Source: Gracilinanus agilis (lineage: Eukaryota). Taken from it: a stretch of DNA of 64,000 bases. Under the pieces are notes generated by a model. It was not told the DNA's origin. It saw only the letters and a program-made list of their open reading frames with translations, and made no database searches. The stretch's first letter is position 1. Each line of letters begins with the position of its first letter. Positions 60,895 through 64,000 of this stretch are shown in pieces. Position numbers and translations under genes: made by a program. Location of the stretch: the NCBI RefSeq assembly GCF_016433145.1, contig NC_058134.1:312155007-312219006 (forward strand). The letters are read 5' to 3'.

Positions 60895-62240
60895 TGTAAT
60901 AGTTAAAAATAATATAGACTGATATTAAAAGGAGAAGTAATATTTTAATCACGGCCATCTTGGTATAATAAATCGACCACGTGCCTGGCTAAGATCTATT
61001 TCAAAAATGCCTCTTCCAGCCATTACCTTCTGTACCTTCCCTCAGTGCCAAAGAGGAAGTACCAAGCCTGACCACCCAATTTAAGCCACACTCTACATTG
61101 GTTCACGTTGATTGATGTCATCATGTCAAAAACCGGAAACCCATTGAATCATGGAAAATGTAGTTTCAAAGTCCCCCAAATGTCCACAGGAAGTCTGTCA
61201 CACATCTAAGTATTCCAAGGCTCAAATGAGCCTCAAATACCTCTCAATGGAACCCCCCAAATTCCAAATAACACATTTCCCGCCCTGAGATCTGGCGAAA
61301 AAGACTGGTATTTTTCGGTGGATCTTATAAAACATAGTCAACTTCTAAATTACAGGAATTTTGAGATAAAAGAAAGAGGATAAAAAGTAGCTGCATTGAC
61401 AAAAAGCCAATTTGGGGCAGTCCCCTATTGGCATAAGAGTGTACATTTAAAAACAAATGCATTCAACTCATTCAACTCCCCATAGTTCAATCAACTGCAC
61501 CCCAAAGTTCAATTTGGATCTTCATGATCCAGTGAAGGCTCTTCAGGCATCTTCATGGTCTCTTCATCAAACTGGTTTGTTGTCTGGATTCTGGGGAAAT
61601 GGCAATTTTCTTATCCTGAAATTACTCTCAAAATAATTTAAACTTTACATTATAGATTATAAAACATACATTTCCTTCTGAGAATTATACATTATTATTA
61701 TTATTATTATTCCTGTTGACTCCTTAGGAGCATAGGGCCGCAACCATCTCTCGCCAACGGACTCTGTTCTGGGCAACTTCCCCCAGCTGGGCCCATGTCA
61801 TTCCGACTGTTTTTGTTTCATTTTCGGCAGATCTTCGCCAGGTCTGTTTTGGTTTTCCGACTTTCCCCCTCCCTGAAGGGTTCCAGCTCAATGCTTGTCT
61901 GGCTACGTTGTCTTCCGGTTTTCGTAGCGTATGTCCTATCCATCTCCACTTACGTTTCTTTATGTCCTGACTAATGGGATACTGGATTGTTCTTTCCCAG
62001 AGACTAGATTGGAGATCTTTTCATTACCCCCCTGAAATTACTCCTAAAAGAGTTAAAATTTTTTTTTGCATTATAGATTATAATACAGATATTATGATTA
62101 TAAAACTTGCACGCACACACCCCTGAGGAAAATTTTGGGTGCCTAGTCACTCCAAATGATCATTTACATAATCATCTTCTACCCACAAAGGTCTTCTAAC
62201 TACAATAGTTAGAGATAAGAGGGGAATGGAAGAGAGAGAA
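60895..62240 (-). mobile_element. ERV remnant: LTR (60895-61275) plus non-coding internal sequence, interrupted by an RTE insertion
   Basis: On the minus strand, PPT-like GGGCGGGAAA (61276-61285) precedes TGTGTT. The LTR is homologous to 17981-18291 and the internal region to 36070-36570. Confidence 0.7.
61691..62025 (-). mobile_element. RTE-clade LINE 3' end with (TAA)n tail
   Basis: 61999-61724 (-) translates without interruption: WERTIQYPISQDIKKRKWRWIGHTLRKPEDNVARQALSWNPSGRGKVGKPKQTWRRSAENETKTVGMTWAQLGEVAQNRVRWREMVAALCS*, the RTE C-terminal signature (WIGHTLRK...AL.WNP.G...G.P...W). Confidence 0.92.
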
Positions 62241-62869
62241 TGCAAAACCAATGTTTGTTAAGCCCATTTTGTTCTTGCCTGCCGATTATCTGATTGTCTC
62301 GGAAGCTGCCCAGGGATGGCTGTTCAAGTGCTTGGCTTTTTCTCTGTGAGTTTGCTTATTTTTTAGCTAGTTTTGAGGCTTCTGTGAAAGGGGAGAGTCT
62401 GGTGAGCCCCAAGAAGGGCACTCTTAGGCCTAGGAGGCAGGAGAGCGGAGGAGTCCGGACTCTGGCCTAGGCATGCTGCAGGCCCATGTCCTGAGAACAG
62501 CAGCGATTGATATTTCTTGAAGCTGAACATAACCCAGATTTTCGGACACCAAGTCCGCTGCTTTTTTAGTTCATTAAACATTTTTTCTTTACTTTTTATG
62601 AATTCAATCAGAAAAACCCCCATAAACTCCCATGTAAACACTGTAAAGGAGGATTATATATGAAACCTTGAACTCTTCCATCAATTCTTTTTTAAAGGCT
62701 GTCCCCACCTGGTTTTCCTTTCATCCATGCTGGGGGAGGGGCTGGCCTTTCCTAGGATTAGGATCTGGCTTCAGACTCTTCCCAGCTCTGTGACCCGGGC
62801 ACATCCCTTCACCTCTTTGCCTGCATCCAGGAGAGGAGGAAATGGCGAAGCCCCTGCAGGGTTTTATTG

Positions 62870-63790
62870 AGAAGACCCAGCTGGGGTCAGGAAGAGTCAG
62901 CCCCAACTGACCCAAAGGCACCCCCAGAGATGCACATCAGGAGCATCCTGGCCGGGGACTGCGCAGGGAGACACGGGGTTCAGATCCTGAATTTGGGGAA
63001 AGCCGGAGTCCTGATTGGGATCCACCCAGCACAGAATGGGCCACGGGCACTGCGTCTTCTTGACCCAAGGCTGCTGCCGAGGTCTGAAATGAGACGGAGG
63101 AAAGGAGGGATCCCCACAGATGAAGGGGGAGCGGGCAGAGGTGAAGGCCGTCTCACTAGGGAGAGGAGAGCTCAGGACAGAGAGTGAGGGGGTGAGAAAA
63201 GTGGCCCGGAGGAGATGAGAGGAGACCCCTGGCTGTCCCTGGCTGTAGGACCCTGGTCCCAGTTCGAGGGCAGAAAAGAGTGGTAAGAGATAGGAGAGCA
63301 CCGACCATGCCGCTCCACCATGGACGAAGGGAAACGTAAAGCTCCCCAGAACTAGCTCCAAACATAGAGGCACAAAATCTTGAAAGCTGAGCCAGAGCTA
63401 GGCCCCAGAAGGAAGAGCCCAGCTCTAACTTAAAGGTAAAAGAAAGGCCAGAAAAATGAGCAAACATCATAAAAAAAGATCCCAACCATAGAAAGTTACT
63501 TTGGTAACAGGCAAAGTCAAGACCTAAACTCAGAAGAAGACAGTGAAATCAAAGCAGCTACATTCAAAACCTTGGGGGGGAGTAAGAGGGGATGTGACTC
63601 AGGCCCTGGAAGAACTCCAAAAGGGTGATAAAGATCAAATAAGAGAGGCAGAGGAAAAATGGGGAAAAGAAAGTAATGCAAGAAAGTCAATGGCTTGATA
63701 AAGGAGCTACCAAAAATACTAAAGAAAATACTTTAAATTCAGAAAGAGGCACAAAAAAACCACTGAATTAAGCTTCTTAAAAAGAAGAAT
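62870..63790 (+). mobile_element. L1 5'UTR and ORF1 N-terminus (degenerate)
   Basis: ATG AGC AAA CAT CAT...cccaaccatagaaagttactttgg (MSKHH..PTIESYFG-type marsupial ORF1 start) near 63457. Confidence 0.7.
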
Positions 63791-63791
63791 T

Positions 63792-63992
63792 GGGAACAGC
63801 TGGGTAGCTCAGTGGATTGAGAGCCAGGCCTAGAGACAGGAGGTCCTGGGTTCAAATCTGGCATCAGACACTTCCTAGCTGGGTGACCCTGGGCAAGTCA
63901 CTTGACCCCCATTGTATACCCCATTGTCTACCTTCTTCCTTGGAGCCAATACGCAGTATTGTATCCAAGATGGAAGGTGAGGGTTAAAAAAA
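63792..63992 (+). mobile_element. Opossum-type SINE (SINE-1_MD-like)
   Basis: gggaacagctgggtagctcagtggattgagagccaggcctagag head, CORE, cttggagccaatacgcagtattg tail, A-rich end. Confidence 0.95.
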
Positions 63993-64000
63993 GAAATAAA

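Overview
Eukaryotic genomic DNA, not a prokaryotic or accessory region. It is the 5' half of a DENND5B orthologue (DENN-domain Rab GEF) on the + strand. The host is almost certainly a didelphid marsupial, because it carries opossum-type SINE-1_MD-like SINEs, MAR1 SINEs and marsupial L1/LTR families; the exact species cannot be fixed from sequence alone. The window starts in intron 1 (exon 1 lies upstream) and ends in the intron after exon 7. Six constitutive coding exons were placed by GT-AG boundaries and frame continuity: 23224-23333, 32822-33488, 39897-40084, 49232-49762, 54422-54653 and 60581-60722. An in-frame 66-nt cassette exon missed by the ORF track lies at 19113-19178. The rest is mostly L1, L2, MIR/MAR1, young SINEs with target-site duplications (TSDs), ERV solo LTRs and internal remnants, one RTE-clade LINE 3' end and simple repeats. 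Nearly all other ORFs in the track are spurious readings of repeats. The most interesting observations are the cassette exon and its poly(A)-abutting donor, a near-perfect 35-bp-arm intronic hairpin, a sharp GC3 step inside exon 5, an SR2-like RTE fragment with an open frame, a twin-primed L1 inversion and a 16-17 bp minisatellite before exon 4. I found no evidence for a wholly new multi-gene system. Repeat-family names and human protein comparisons are from recalled consensus sequences, not database searches; repeat boundaries without TSDs are approximate.
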